The notes: generated by a model from the letters alone, not told the origin. DNA of 64,000 nt from an uncultured delta proteobacterium (GCA_963737905.1 CAVTUQ010000019.1:160001-224000); one strand, 5' to 3'. Counted from the stretch's first letter, positions 45,676-56,993 are shown. A program made the numbers and translations.

Positions 45676-46896
45676 CTAGGAGATGGAATCGGGTCGACTG
45701 GGCAGGCCGAGGAAATACCAGATCACCAAGAACACGACACCGACGAACTCCGGAAGAGACGGGGAGATATGAAGGAGCCCGCCTCCTAACATGCCGCCGA
45801 GCGAAGATCCGATAAACCCAAAAAAGGTGTAGACACCGGTGGCGGTACCGCGACCGCCGGGTGGTATTCGCTGTGTCAGAAACGCCGGCAAAATGGGTTG
45901 GTAAAGGCTATAGCCAAAGAAGAAGGCGGCGCCGCTCACATAGAGTAAGAAGTCATGCTGGGCGCCGACCAGATAGAGCGCATAACCAAAAGTCGCGGTC
46001 AACCAGCCGATAAAAATCGGCAGGCGGAAACGTCCTCGTTTCTCCGCGCGGCGCATGTAAGGAAAAACCAGGAGGACGCTGGGGAGAAAAATGATCAGAT
46101 AAACTTTCCAAAGCTCGGCTTTTTCGAGACCGAGATCCGTCCAGCTGAGCGGATAAGTGAAGAAAAAGAGATTCAACGCGAATGACAGAACAAACGTGGC
46201 GATGAATATAGGCCGTAAGTCGCCGTGTAAGAGAATTGGTTTAAAGGCCATCGGCGGCCGTTGTTCGAGCCGACGTTCTTGGGGAAACGAAGTGGCGGCG
46301 AAAATCATCGCTAAAAAACCAAGCGCGGCCAAAACATAAAAAAGCCCGCTCAAGCCGATGCTTGCCGCCAATAGCGGCCCCCCTAGGACGCCGATCATAA
46401 ACGCCGATCCGATGGCGATTCCAGTGATCGTGAAGGCTTGCGCGCGAACCGTTGGCCGAGTGAGGTCGGCTAAAGCGGCTAAGGCGACGGAACCCACCGC
46501 ACCGGTTCCTTGAATCATACGGGCGAGGATTAACTGAAAAATGTTCTGGGCAAGTCCGCAACCGACGCTGCCCAAGCCGAAGAGTGCCAGTCCGATAATT
46601 AATACCGGTTTGCGTCCCCAGCGATCACTGGCCCAGCCTAAAGGAATCTGGAAGATGCTCTGCGTAAGCGCATAAATTCCAAAGGCAATGCCTGTGAGGC
46701 CAAGGCTCGCTCCCGGGTAGCGAAGAGCATAGACGCTAAAAATGGGCAGCATAAAAAAAATGCCCAACAACCGAAGCGCCGAGATGAGGCTGACGATTAT
46801 GACAGGACCGATTTCAGCCCGAGTAAAAGAATAATGGCTGTCAACCAAAGGGAAGTGTGCTTTCCATCGATGTTTAGGTTGCCAAAAGGAATTCAT
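45676..46896 (-). CDS. MFS transporter (YajR-like)
   Basis: ALRLLGIFFMLP, GIYALTQ, GWASDRWGRK. Confidence 0.88.
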   Translation of the reverse strand: MNSFWQPKHRWKAHFPLVDSHYSFTRAEIGPVIIVSLISALRLLGIFFMLPIFSVYALRYPGASLGLTGIAFGIYALTQSIFQIPLGWASDRWGRKPVLIIGLALFGLGSVGCGLAQNIFQLILARMIQGTGAVGSVALAALADLTRPTVRAQAFTITGIAIGSAFMIGVLGGPLLAASIGLSGLFYVLAALGFLAMIFAATSFPQERRLEQRPPMAFKPILLHGDLRPIFIATFVLSFALNLFFFTYPLSWTDLGLEKAELWKVYLIIFLPSVLLVFPYMRRAEKRGRFRLPIFIGWLTATFGYALYLVGAQHDFLLYVSGAAFFFGYSLYQPILPAFLTQRIPPGGRGTATGVYTFFGFIGSSLGGMLGGGLLHISPSLPEFVGVVFLVIWYFLGLPSRPDSIS

Positions 46897-46957
46897 GCTA
46901 ATTTACACGCTTCACCCAAAATGGGAAGAGCCGCAGGATCTTCCAACCCAGATCCAT

Positions 46958-47890
46958 TTAGTTGCTTCTCGGCGAACGCCCTTCCATCGATTCCATGACG
47001 ACTTTGAACGCCGCGCTGGCTTCTCCCATGTAAAGTGTTCTGTGTGGGAAGGGAATCTCGATTCGCTCTGCATCGAAGGCTTTTTTCAATCGGCGCCGGT
47101 ATTCCCGACCGATGCTGAATTGTTGCAGGGGCAAGGTCTTTAACCTGGCCTTGATGTTTACCGCCGAATCGGCGAAGGCATCAACGCCGAGGATCTCAAT
47201 GGGGTTCAGCATCACTGCTTTATGATTGGGTTCCGCGTACATTTCTTCGGCCACCCGACGCATCACGTCGACAACACGATCGGTTTCTTCTTTATAGGCG
47301 ACGCCTATGTTGAGAACATAGGCGGACCAGTCTTTGGTCATGTTCGATAACGTTGTGATGGCGCCATTGGGAAAGACGTGGACGACTGCGGCTTCGTCAC
47401 GCAAAACGATAGTGCGAAACGAGATGGCTTCCACCAACCCTCCGGTGCCATTGATAACGGCGACATCGCCGACACGGACTTGATTTTCCAGGATTAAAAA
47501 AAAACCGCTAACGAGATCACGCACAAGATTCTGAGCTCCAAAGCCAACGGCCAGACCGACCACGCCGGCGCCGGCAAGAACAGGAGCGACGTTAACTCCG
47601 ATCTGTCCAAGCGTGGTGAGAACAACGACAAACCAGATCAGCCCGACCACGATGGTCCATAGAACGCTCATCAGCGTGCGGACTCTCTTTTGGGTCGCGT
47701 CCGGAACGATTTCCGTGGCCTCCCCGGCACGGACCAGGATTGTCTCCAGCCGGTTGAACCCAAGACGCAGAAACCTCACGCCTACGTAGGCTGCGGCAAT
47801 GATCAAAACAATGCGCAGCGATGTTTTGGTAAAGTCCAGTCCGACATCGATAAGTTTGGGCAAAAACCTCTCTATCGAGTTACTCAACAT
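46958..47890 (-). CDS. MscS-family mechanosensitive channel (YbiO-like)
   Basis: GVVGLAVGFGAQNLVRD..SGFF, VGD, FPNG, IEIPFP; AGGAGG RBS before ATG 47890. Confidence 0.92.
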   Translation of the reverse strand: MLSNSIERFLPKLIDVGLDFTKTSLRIVLIIAAAYVGVRFLRLGFNRLETILVRAGEATEIVPDATQKRVRTLMSVLWTIVVGLIWFVVVLTTLGQIGVNVAPVLAGAGVVGLAVGFGAQNLVRDLVSGFFLILENQVRVGDVAVINGTGGLVEAISFRTIVLRDEAAVVHVFPNGAITTLSNMTKDWSAYVLNIGVAYKEETDRVVDVMRRVAEEMYAEPNHKAVMLNPIEILGVDAFADSAVNIKARLKTLPLQQFSIGREYRRRLKKAFDAERIEIPFPHRTLYMGEASAAFKVVMESMEGRSPRSN

Positions 47891-48101
47891 AGCTGACTCC
47901 TCCTTTACTGGGCCTTGGAATATTGCCGATAACTGCATGTAAACGGCTACCTGCATGCAGGCCGATTCCGGATGGTTTCCTCATACACGTCAAAACCTAA
48001 AGTGTGAAGCCATTGTAGATCTTTTCGTCGGTGAATTTTACCCTTGACAACGCCGTCGAACGCGCTAAGTTCCGGCCAGTCATGGAACCGGAGGTCACCT
48101 C

Positions 48102-49109
48102 ATGAAGCATTACGGAAAAGCTCTTTCTATATTCTTTTTGGCGTCGACACTACTTGGGCTCAGCAAAGGCGAGGCGGCGACCTTGGAAAAAATCAGGTTT
48201 CCGTATTCGCCCATCGCATGGAATAGTTTGCCCTGGTGGATGGCCAAGGAGGCCGGGCTTTTTGAAAAATACGGTCTCGACGTTGAGCTGAGTTACGAAG
48301 GAGCGTCTTCAGTCATAGTTCAGGCGATGCTGGCCGGGGAAGCTAATTTCGCCGGCTTGGCGGGGCCCGCCGTGGTGTCAAATGTTTTAAACGGCGGCGA
48401 TGTTATTCAGGTGGCCGCCGTGGTGAAGACCTTTACGATTCCGATGTATTCCCAGGCTTCCATCAAGGAAATTGCCCAGTTAAAGGGACAGAAAGTCGGT
48501 GTGAGCCGATTTAACTCGATTTCCCATATTGCCGCGCTCAATATCTTTCAAAAGGCAGGCGTTACGGGCGCAACCATCATCCAGACAGGTGGTATTCCCG
48601 AGTCTGCCGCGGCGCTGATGTCGGGCAACGTTGCGGCTGCCATGGTCCCACCGCCGCAAAGCGTCATGCTGAGAGATAAGGGATTTCGTGAACTGGTCAG
48701 CGTGAAGCAGTTTCGGGAATGGAATATTCCGGTCGTTGAGAACGGAGTCGCGGCATGCCGCTCCTACGCGGAGAAAAACCCGAATGTGGTCAAGCGATTT
48801 ATCCGAGCGGCGTTTGAAGGCATTCGGCAAATTTACGACAACAAAGAGTTGGCCAGGAAGACCCTGGCCAAGTACACCAAGCTTACGGATGACAAGCTGT
48901 TGGACGAGAGTTACCGATTTTCCGTGGAAGCCCTTTCAAAAGACGCGTCCATGCCTTCTGAGGCCTTTTCGGCCCTGGTGGAGCAGATGATAAGCCAGAA
49001 ATCCATCGATGCCGCGGCCGCGAAAAAACTTCCAGTGTCGGCCTACTACGACAACCGTTACGTGGATGAACTCGAAAAGGAAGGGTTCTTTAAGAAGCTT
49101 TGGCAGTGA
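48102..49109 (+). CDS. NitT/TauT (SsuA/NMT1-like) ABC substrate-binding protein
   Basis: Signal peptide, AKEAGLFEKYGLDVE, LKGQKVGVSR. Confidence 0.85.
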   Translation: MKHYGKALSIFFLASTLLGLSKGEAATLEKIRFPYSPIAWNSLPWWMAKEAGLFEKYGLDVELSYEGASSVIVQAMLAGEANFAGLAGPAVVSNVLNGGDVIQVAAVVKTFTIPMYSQASIKEIAQLKGQKVGVSRFNSISHIAALNIFQKAGVTGATIIQTGGIPESAAALMSGNVAAAMVPPPQSVMLRDKGFRELVSVKQFREWNIPVVENGVAACRSYAEKNPNVVKRFIRAAFEGIRQIYDNKELARKTLAKYTKLTDDKLLDESYRFSVEALSKDASMPSEAFSALVEQMISQKSIDAAAAKKLPVSAYYDNRYVDELEKEGFFKKLWQ

Positions 49110-49180
49110 TTAATAAATGCCGGGTTTCGAGTTTCGAGTTCCGAATCACGGGTGGACACCCAATTCAATGCAGGCCGAAG

Positions 49181-49966
49181 TCAAGTCTCCGATGGCGATA
49201 GAACGGTGCGCAAATCTTTAAGCCAGGGGTCGGCGTCGATCAGGCGCAGGAAGTTCTGATGGATGGTTTGAGCCAGCAACTCAGGGGACAAATTTCGCAC
49301 CCGGGCAGTCACGTCGATAACGTTCTGTACCTCCTTGGGCATGCCGGCGACGCCTTTTAGCCATTTAAGCCCGCCAGGGTTGTCGGTCTCCGTGAGCAGT
49401 AGGTGATTCGGAATCTCGCTGGCGATTGCTTGTATCGTGTCGGAATAGGACACTTCCACACCGACGGTGAAGTAGGCGCCGAATTGAATCAGAGCGCGAA
49501 GGATATCCAACGGTCCTGAATACCAGTGAACAATCGCGCGCTGAATATCGTAGCGCTCCAGCAGGTTGAGGATTTGTTTCTCGGCGCCTTTCGTATGCAG
49601 ATTGACCATCTTTTTCTGCTCGCGCGCCGACGCGAGAAAATACTCCAGCACTTTCAGTTGCGCCGGGTACTGGGAACTATCTTTTACCCAGTGAAAATCC
49701 AGGCCGATCTCGCCGATGGCGGGACTCTGGTCGATGAGCGAGCTCAACTCGCTCAGACGATCCGCGTATTCCGGCGCTCGTCTGGGGTGGATACCGAACG
49801 TTGCCAACACTAGGTCACACTCGTCGCCGATTTCGAGACTGCGCTGATACGACGGCACGTCCATCGCCACCGCGATGGTAAAAACATCGTGGGTTCGAAT
49901 CTCTTGTAACGCCTGTTTTAGGTCTGCCCCATATTTGTCAATATGCACGTGAGCGTCAATGAGCAT
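49181..49966 (-). CDS. TatD family deoxyribonuclease
   Basis: IDAHVH, GIHP, IGEIGLD, LHT, VHW, LTETD. Confidence 0.92.
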   Translation of the reverse strand: MLIDAHVHIDKYGADLKQALQEIRTHDVFTIAVAMDVPSYQRSLEIGDECDLVLATFGIHPRRAPEYADRLSELSSLIDQSPAIGEIGLDFHWVKDSSQYPAQLKVLEYFLASAREQKKMVNLHTKGAEKQILNLLERYDIQRAIVHWYSGPLDILRALIQFGAYFTVGVEVSYSDTIQAIASEIPNHLLLTETDNPGGLKWLKGVAGMPKEVQNVIDVTARVRNLSPELLAQTIHQNFLRLIDADPWLKDLRTVLSPSET

Positions 49967-50190
49967 AATTAGCCCATACCAACCGAGAGTTATGCATGTC
50001 AATGTGAGTGCCTAGATGGTGCATAGATCGGTACAAGCAAGGCGTATCACAGTCGTCGTGTTTTTCAGGAAGGACATCGTTGACATATTCCTCTCAAGCT
50101 ATAGCGTGTAGTTGGAGAGATCAGCTTGTTCCTTTTTGGTCAATGCACCGGTAGGGCAGGTTAAAGATAGTTTTTGTGCAGGAGGGTCTC

Positions 50191-51114
50191 ATGCGTTTCG
50201 GATTTGCACTTCCACAGGTAGGCTCGGCAGTCGGACCGGAAGGGTTGGTTACAGTGGCGAAACGAGCCGAAGATTTAGGTTTCCACAGCCTTTGGGTGCT
50301 TGACCGGATACTCTGGCCGGTCAATCCCCGGACGCCTTATCCCATCGGTGACGGCTCTCTGCCGGTCAAATACAAAAGCGTGCTGGACCCGTTGGAGACA
50401 TTGACGTTTGCCGCCGCGCACACACGCCGTATCGCGCTGGGGACAAGCGTCCTCAACCTTCCTTGGTACACCCCCGTATTGCTTGCGCGACGGCTGACGA
50501 CACTCGACATTCTGTCTGCCGGACGACTCAAAGTCGGGTTTGGTATCGGATGGTCGCCGGACGAATACGAGGCCGCCGGCGCGTCGTGGCAAGAGCGCGG
50601 CAAACGCGCCGACGAATTGATCCAAGCCCTAAAGAAAATCTGGACTACCGATCCGGTAGAATTTCAGGGGAAGTATTATCGCATCCCCAAATCCGTCATC
50701 GGTCCAAAGCCCGTGCAGAAACCTCATCCGCCGGTTTACATGGCGGCCTATACGCCTTCAGCCATGAAGCGCGTTGCAACCGAGGCGAATGGCTGGTTTC
50801 CCGTTGGCATCCCGCTCAGCGGCGTTGGGCCGATGTTCGAGGAGATCAAGGGCATGGTGAAAGAAGCCGGCCGCGATCCCACCGCGCTAGAGCTCATCGT
50901 CCGTGCCAACGTCGAAATTCATAACACTCCCGTCCAGAAAGACCGCGTCGACTTTACCGGCACCCTCGAGCAGATTGCCGAAGACGTGAAAACAACGCAA
51001 AAGCTGAGCGCAGCGGAAATCGTTCTAGACGCGCAGTTCTCTCATGGCGTCGAAACGGCCGGAGATCTCGTTGGACGAATGGAAGAGCTCTGGCGGGTAG
51101 TGAAGCAGTCCTGA
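50191..51114 (+). CDS. LLM-class (probably F420-dependent) oxidoreductase
   Basis: AEDLGFHSLWV.D, LGTSVL, SAGRLKVGFGIGW, PKPVQKPHPP. Confidence 0.88.
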   Translation: MRFGFALPQVGSAVGPEGLVTVAKRAEDLGFHSLWVLDRILWPVNPRTPYPIGDGSLPVKYKSVLDPLETLTFAAAHTRRIALGTSVLNLPWYTPVLLARRLTTLDILSAGRLKVGFGIGWSPDEYEAAGASWQERGKRADELIQALKKIWTTDPVEFQGKYYRIPKSVIGPKPVQKPHPPVYMAAYTPSAMKRVATEANGWFPVGIPLSGVGPMFEEIKGMVKEAGRDPTALELIVRANVEIHNTPVQKDRVDFTGTLEQIAEDVKTTQKLSAAEIVLDAQFSHGVETAGDLVGRMEELWRVVKQS

Positions 51115-51288
51115 TAGTTTGGCGATGGGGATGAAAAAAACCAAACCTCCCACAGTTTGTGTTATCTTTTTGCGTGGTAGAACCACAGTTTTCGAAAACA
51201 GAAGTTTTCGAAAACTCTTGACGTCCTCGATGCAAGCCGCTAGCTTTGGGCCAAAATTTGAAGCGGTTCTGATTGCAGGGGGTGCGAC

Positions 51289-52254
51289 ATGGGTATCACG
51301 CGGCGCAATTTCGTCACTCAATTAATAACCGTCGGCCTTGCCGGCTTGCCAATCGTGCGCGGGTACAGTTGGGCTCAAGCGAAGGGCAAGCTCGGCTACA
51401 TGAAAATCGTGGATAACGCAGCCATGTTCGTGGCGATGGAGAAAGGGTTTTTCAAGGCGGAAGGCTTAGAACTGGAAACCGTCCCGATGGCCGGCGGCGC
51501 ATTGATCGCGCAAGGGGTGACATCCGGCGATCTGCAGATCGGTTGGGCCAACGTGATTTCGCTTTATCAGGCGCACGTCGAGGGATTCGATTTCAAACTA
51601 ATCGCCGGCGGTGCGACGAACGTCAAAGGCAAGAACGAGAGCCACGCGATCCAAGTGTTAAAAACTTCCCCGATCAAGGGCGCGAAGGATCTTGAAGGGA
51701 AGACCGTCGCAGTCAACACGTTGAACAACATTGTTCACTTAATGGCGATGGCATGGATCGACAAGAATGGCGCAAGCTCCGGCAAAGTGAAATTCGTCGA
51801 GGTGCCGTTTCCTCAGATGGAGGCGGCGTTAGTCGGTGGAAAGATCGACGCCATCAGCGTCCATGAACCGTTTGCGACGGCGGCGCTGGCGAAGGGCCAG
51901 ACGCGTGTGCTAGCACATCCATGGGGAGACGTGCTTCCGAAGTTTTTGATCGCCAGTTGGTTCGCTTCGGACAAGTGGATTCAGAAGAACAAACCGATGG
52001 CCGAGGCGTTCGTGCGGGCCATCAATCGGGGCGTTGACGCGATTCACGCGGATCCGGAAGGGAGTCGAGTTGCGATGATAAAGTGGGCCGGCTTAAATCC
52101 AGATTTGGCCGGAAAGATCGGGTTGCCGGTCTTTGAAAAGGGGATTTCGGACAAAGATCTCCAGGCGACTATCGACTTGACGCAAAAATACAAGCTCATC
52201 TCGCGGTCATTCAAAGCTCGGGATGTTATCAGCGACTTGGTGCCGAAGGGCTGA
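51289..52254 (+). CDS. NitT/TauT ABC substrate-binding protein with a Tat signal
   Basis: ITRRNFV, AMEKGFFKAEGL, DLEGKTVAV. Confidence 0.9.
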   Translation: MGITRRNFVTQLITVGLAGLPIVRGYSWAQAKGKLGYMKIVDNAAMFVAMEKGFFKAEGLELETVPMAGGALIAQGVTSGDLQIGWANVISLYQAHVEGFDFKLIAGGATNVKGKNESHAIQVLKTSPIKGAKDLEGKTVAVNTLNNIVHLMAMAWIDKNGASSGKVKFVEVPFPQMEAALVGGKIDAISVHEPFATAALAKGQTRVLAHPWGDVLPKFLIASWFASDKWIQKNKPMAEAFVRAINRGVDAIHADPEGSRVAMIKWAGLNPDLAGKIGLPVFEKGISDKDLQATIDLTQKYKLISRSFKARDVISDLVPKG

Positions 52255-52303
52255 TGGAGGAATGGAGTGCCAAAATTCCGTCTAGCCTGTTGCTTAGCCA
52301 TTC

Positions 52304-53077
52304 ATGCCCATTCTCGAAGTCCAAGGTCTTTCCAAGAGCTATCGCCAGATGGGCGGCGAAGCGACGGTGGCGATCGGTAATATCTCTTGCCGGGTCGAGG
52401 CGGGGGAGTTTGTTTCTTTTGTCGGGCCCTCGGGTTGCGGCAAGACTACCTTGCTCATGTCCATCGCCGGACTCATCGCGCCCACCGAGGGGAAAATTCT
52501 GGTGAAGGGGCGTGAGGTCAACGGCCCGCCCCCCAATCTCGTCCTGGTTTTCCAAGAATTCAACAAATCCCTCTTTGCCTGGCGCTCCGTGCTCGGCAAT
52601 GTCCTTTTTGGTTTGGATGCCCGAGGAAAAATTCGCGAATCCGAAGGAAAAGCCAAATCCCTTATTGAGCTTGTCGGTCTCAAAGGATTTGAAAACCATT
52701 ATCCGTGGGAACTCTCCGGCGGCATGCAGCAGCGCGTCGCGATTGCGCGGGCGCTGGCCTACGAACCGGAGGTCCTTTTGATGGATGAGCCGTTTGGCTC
52801 GTTGGATGCTTTAACCCGCCTGGAGCTCGAAGACACGCTACTAAGGCTCTGGGAAGAACTCGGAACGACCATTCTTTTCATCACCCATGACATCGAGGAA
52901 GCCATCTATCTTTCGGATCGGATCTGGGTCTTAAGCCGCCGGCCTTCGCAAATCATTGAAGAGCTCAGGATCGAATTTCCCAGACCGCGCGATCAAGTGA
53001 CGACGCGCGCCGAAGGACGCTTCATGGAAATCAGAAACCAGATTTATAAACAGATTAGCAATGAGAGCGCGGCGTGA
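52304..53077 (+). CDS. NitT/TauT ABC ATP-binding protein
   Basis: [26 protein letters not shown]. Confidence 0.95.
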   Translation: MPILEVQGLSKSYRQMGGEATVAIGNISCRVEAGEFVSFVGPSGCGKTTLLMSIAGLIAPTEGKILVKGREVNGPPPNLVLVFQEFNKSLFAWRSVLGNVLFGLDARGKIRESEGKAKSLIELVGLKGFENHYPWELSGGMQQRVAIARALAYEPEVLLMDEPFGSLDALTRLELEDTLLRLWEELGTTILFITHDIEEAIYLSDRIWVLSRRPSQIIEELRIEFPRPRDQVTTRAEGRFMEIRNQIYKQISNESAA

Positions 53078-53853
53078 ACCCGTCAGGCAAATTCAACAGG
53101 GCCGGCTGGCTGGTGTTCCTCCTGCTCCTGTTACTTTGGGAATGCGGCTCTCGCTCGAGCCCGAAGCTGCAACTCTATATACCTCCGGTTAGCCGGGTTG
53201 TCTTATCCCTCGGCCAATTGATTGTTTCCGGGCAAGTGACCGCGCATCTTTTAACGACTTTGCGCCGCTTCATGGAGGGCTATCTTCTCGCGTCGACAAT
53301 CGCCGTAACTCTTGGAGTTGTTCTTGGTTACTTTCGTCTTGTTCATAGCCTGCTGGAAACCTTGATTGAGTTCTTGCGGCCTATGCCCTCCGTGGCGATT
53401 GTTCCCGTGGCGATCCTGCTGCTCGGCATCGGCGATTCGATGATCGTGGCGGTAACGGTCTACGCGAGCACCTGGCCCATTCTGATCAATACCATCGACG
53501 GCGTGAGGCATATCGAACGTACTCTGATCGATACCGCCCGGACCTTCGGCTTGGCCCGCCGGCGCATTCTTTGGCAGATCGTCTTGCCTGCCGCCTCGCC
53601 CTATATCGTCACGGGTCTGCGGGTGAGTTTGTCAATCGCTTTAATCCTTGTCACGACGGCGGAAATGATCGCGGGCAGCAAGGGTCTTGGTTTTTTCATT
53701 CTCGACCAAGAGCGCTCGTTACAGAGCAGCAACATGTACGCCGGGATCATTCTGGTGGCGGTGCTGGGCTACCTGCTCAATCGCCTGTTCGTGGTTTTAG
53801 AGGGAAAGGCGATGAAATGGCGTCGCGGCATGGTGGCGCGCGAAGCAATTTAA
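53074..53853 (+). CDS. NitT/TauT ABC permease
   Basis: [11 protein letters not shown]-like ARTFG..LPAA, AEMI. Confidence 0.92.
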   Translation: MNPSGKFNRAGWLVFLLLLLLWECGSRSSPKLQLYIPPVSRVVLSLGQLIVSGQVTAHLLTTLRRFMEGYLLASTIAVTLGVVLGYFRLVHSLLETLIEFLRPMPSVAIVPVAILLLGIGDSMIVAVTVYASTWPILINTIDGVRHIERTLIDTARTFGLARRRILWQIVLPAASPYIVTGLRVSLSIALILVTTAEMIAGSKGLGFFILDQERSLQSSNMYAGIILVAVLGYLLNRLFVVLEGKAMKWRRGMVAREAI

Positions 53854-53855
53854 AT

Positions 53856-54623
53856 ATGCGTGAGTCCAAGCTGAACGGGGTTTTGTTTCTGCTTGCTTTG
53901 CTGCTGGTTTGGGAGCTGGCGGCGCAAGCGGAATGGGTCAACCCACTGATCATACCGGCCGTCAGCAAGATCCTGCGAACGTTTTTGGAGCTGGTTGGGT
54001 CGGGGCAGATACCTTTGCAGATTGTTGCGAGTCTGAAGAGAGCGGCCGTAGGTTACGCTTTGGCGGCGGCGGTATTCATCCCGCTGGGAATCTTCATGGG
54101 GCTGTTTGACACGATCCGTCGCGCGCTGGAAGTCACCGTCGAAATGCTGCGGCCGATTCCCCCGCCCGTGGTCATCCCCGCCGCGATGTTATTTTTCGGA
54201 CTGGAAGACGAGATGAAGATCTTTGTCATTTTCTTTTCCTGTGCCTGGCCGATCCTGCTCAACACCCTCGATGGGGTTAGAAACATCGACCGGGTTCTCT
54301 TGCATACGGCCAGGACGTTTGGCTTGCCTCAACGAAAGATCATCTGGCAGGTGATCTTGCCCGCCACCTCGCCGCAAATCATGACCGGTTTAAGAGTCAG
54401 TCTGCCGATCATGCTCATTCTTGTAGTGATTTCAGAGATGGTGGGAAGCACCGACGGGATCGGCTACTTCATTTTGGATGCACAGAGAAGATTTCGAGTT
54501 TCGCAGATGTATGCCGGGATGCTGGCTCTGGCGATTTTAGGCTACGTTTTAAACCAACTCTTCAACCTGGTGCACCGCTCGCTGCTCGCCTGGCATTGGG
54601 GGATGACGAAAAGGATGGAGTAG
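53856..54623 (+). CDS. NitT/TauT ABC permease (second)
   Basis: Paralogue of the previous gene; start ATG 53856 (MRESKL). Confidence 0.92.
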   Translation: MRESKLNGVLFLLALLLVWELAAQAEWVNPLIIPAVSKILRTFLELVGSGQIPLQIVASLKRAAVGYALAAAVFIPLGIFMGLFDTIRRALEVTVEMLRPIPPPVVIPAAMLFFGLEDEMKIFVIFFSCAWPILLNTLDGVRNIDRVLLHTARTFGLPQRKIIWQVILPATSPQIMTGLRVSLPIMLILVVISEMVGSTDGIGYFILDAQRRFRVSQMYAGMLALAILGYVLNQLFNLVHRSLLAWHWGMTKRME

Positions 54624-54698
54624 TGGAGTGATGGAGTACCGGAGTGTTGGATTCCGGGAAACCCATTATTCCACTACTCCAATATTCCATTACTCCAT
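54615..54698. repeat. Palindromic octamer array (TGGAGTRn / nYACTCCA) between convergent genes
   Basis: TGGAGTAG TGGAGTGA TGGAGTAC CGGAGTGT TGGA ... CCATTATT CCACTACT CCAATATT CCATTACT CCA. Confidence 0.75.
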
Positions 54699-54703
54699 TC
54701 GGT

Positions 54704-55615
54704 TTAGACCCGGTGCATTCCACCGCCTTCAGGAGGTTTAGGCTGATCTCGTCCGGGCAGCCAATCAGCGTCTTTGCGCGGGCTGTTACCTGCCACCAGG
54801 AATTTCGCTCTCCCCATATTCTCGAACTCAATCTCAATGGTGTCTCCGGGATTCATGGGTCGAAGCCCCTCATGAAAAGTGCCGGTGGCGATGATGTCTC
54901 CAGGATTGAGACGTAGGACTTTCGTTAACCAGGCGATCTGCTCAGGAATTTTGTGGGCCATGTATTTGGTGTTGTAGTTTTGCCTTGGCTCTCCGCTGGT
55001 CCACGACTTCACAACGACGTTGTGCGGATCCGGAATCTCGTCTCTAGTAATGATCCACGGACCGCAGGCGCCATGGCTATCCTGACCCTTCCCAATGAAC
55101 TGGGTGCGCCGCGCCATCCCGCGCGTTGAAACGTCAAAAAACGGGACATAACCGAAGACGTAATCCAAGGCTTTGGATTCTGGAACATTTTTGGCCGTCT
55201 TGCCCATGACGAAAGCAAACTCCGCTTCCGGCTGGTAGACCACCGCTGCCGGGATATCTCTCAGTTCGATGGTTCCGCCGGGTCCCACGAGATCGGGGGA
55301 CTTGTAGAAGTATTCATTGGGCAGACTGTCAGGACTGCGATCGGGCCGATCGACATAATTCACAAAAGCGGCAAGACACTTGCTCGGTCTGGGAAGCGGA
55401 CAGAGAAGCTGGACGCTGCTCAACGACACGCCCTCTTGTTCGGCCAAGATCTTTTCAAACCGGCGCCGGTATTTGCGCCAACCCTCGATGATTTCTTCCA
55501 TCACTCTCTGCGGGCCTTTGGCTTTGCGCGAGCTGATGGTGTCACTCACATCCACCACCATATTGTCGTTTTTAATGACGCCGACTCGGTCGTCGTTGAA
55601 GCGAAGAATCTTCAA
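54704..55615 (-). CDS. Fumarylacetoacetate hydrolase family protein
   Basis: VNY, FYKS, EAE, FDVS.R, GKG.D, GDIIATGT; TTG start at 55615 behind GGAGGA. Confidence 0.9.
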   Translation of the reverse strand: MKILRFNDDRVGVIKNDNMVVDVSDTISSRKAKGPQRVMEEIIEGWRKYRRRFEKILAEQEGVSLSSVQLLCPLPRPSKCLAAFVNYVDRPDRSPDSLPNEYFYKSPDLVGPGGTIELRDIPAAVVYQPEAEFAFVMGKTAKNVPESKALDYVFGYVPFFDVSTRGMARRTQFIGKGQDSHGACGPWIITRDEIPDPHNVVVKSWTSGEPRQNYNTKYMAHKIPEQIAWLTKVLRLNPGDIIATGTFHEGLRPMNPGDTIEIEFENMGRAKFLVAGNSPRKDADWLPGRDQPKPPEGGGMHRV

Positions 55616-56046
55616 TGTTATGTCCTCCCGTCGTCGAAATTTGCGCCTATCTTTGCGACAATAAAGGGGTAATGTCAAATCACAGGCGTTAGCATTTTTG
55701 AGCCCTACCACATTTATGGTCCACAACTCACGACGATTTCTGTTGGACAGAGTTCATTGGAATGTGGAGGTCATAGTGGAAGTGTCGAGGCCATCTATGT
55801 CCGTTTCTGGAATCAAACAACAAGCAGAGATTATGTTGAACTCTTCCAGCTGGAACTACTCTTAAAATCTGGAAGGTGATAAAATTTTTACATGTAAGTC
55901 GCAGGAAGCCGCAAAGAATAGGTTGACCGCAAGACAACAAGCTTTACGTGAAGACCCATTTTGTTAGCGATGGTTTAGGCATTCTAAGAGGGAAAAAGCT
56001 GGGTATCAATTCACAAACTAAAAAAGGAGAAGCAGGGAAAAGAAAA

Positions 56047-56678
56047 ATGAAAAAGACGATTTTGGTGTTTTTTGTCCTTTGCTTTACAGCAGAGCACTTG
56101 CCTGGAATGAGCCGGATGATTTTCGCGGCTTAAAATTTGGAGAGGGGTTAACCAAAATGATCCCTGAATGCCCTATCGACGATCTGTCTAGAAGAGGATT
56201 GGACGAGTGGGTGCGGCTGTTACCTGAGAGGATCAGTGGTCCCTGTTGGCTAAGGAAAGAACCATTGACGAGCCGTCTTCTTTTTCCCGACATAGAAGGC
56301 TGGCTTAATGTATATCGGATCTTTAATATCGGTCCAATCGGAAACGTTCCCGTTAGAACTTATGCTCGCCTTTTAGATGAAAAACTGGCCTATATTAGCG
56401 TCGTTTTCAACAGTGCATCCGCCGGAAATTTGTTAAGCATACTGAAAGAAAGATACGGTCTACCGACAGAGCAAAAAACTGAACATTGGAAATCACGGGC
56501 TGGGGCGACATTCACGAATCTCACTGCTGATTGGGTTGGGAAGCGTGTTTCGATACGCTTCCAAGAGCGTGGAAGAGAGATTGATCGCGGTACTATCTCC
56601 TATATGACTGAACTCTGGCTAGCCCATCAATCAGAAGAAAGGGAGAAAGCGATCAAAAAAGGAGCGAAGGACCTCTAA
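56047..56678 (+). pseudogene. Secreted hypothetical protein with a 1-nt frameshift in its signal peptide
   Basis: MKKTILVFFVL (ATG 56047) joins LLYSRALAWNEPDDFRGLKFG if one T is added in the T-runs near 56068-56080. Confidence 0.6.
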
Positions 56679-56736
56679 ATTGTACCGCAATGGCTCACTC
56701 CGGGAGGAACTAGTTCCGGAATAGTGGGAGGAAACA

Positions 56737-56993
56737 ATGCTACCGAGTGCACAAACTTTTGAGGATCAGTTAGTTGCTATTTTTGATGCTGCGCAACAAA
56801 AGAGCAAGTCTCACGTGGACGTCAAATCAGGCGAACTGCACAAAAAAATTGCGGTTACCCTAGTCAAAATCACAGGATGCCGCTTTGCTGTGAGGTAATG
56901 AGGAGAAAAATGCGGTCAGGAGACCGGATTCTTGAGAAGCCACCAAGCGGACAGGGAGCAACATTGATCATTCGGTACATGCTGCCCAGGTAG
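56737..56993 (+). pseudogene. Small conserved hypothetical domain (GxLH..GGYP..HRMPxCC..RY) with a 1-nt frameshift
   Basis: GGAGG RBS; MLPSA..SGELHKKI continues as GYPSQNHRMPLCCEVM..IRYMLPR* if one G is restored near 56851. Confidence 0.65.

Noticed and set aside
49888-49903. GGTTCGAATC tRNA T-loop-like motif
   Set aside because: Lies inside the TatD coding sequence with no cloverleaf around it; no tRNA or rRNA gene was found in the window
53571-53855. N-terminal extension of the second ABC permease in the ORF track
   Set aside because: Overlaps the first permease out of frame; the real start is ATG 53856
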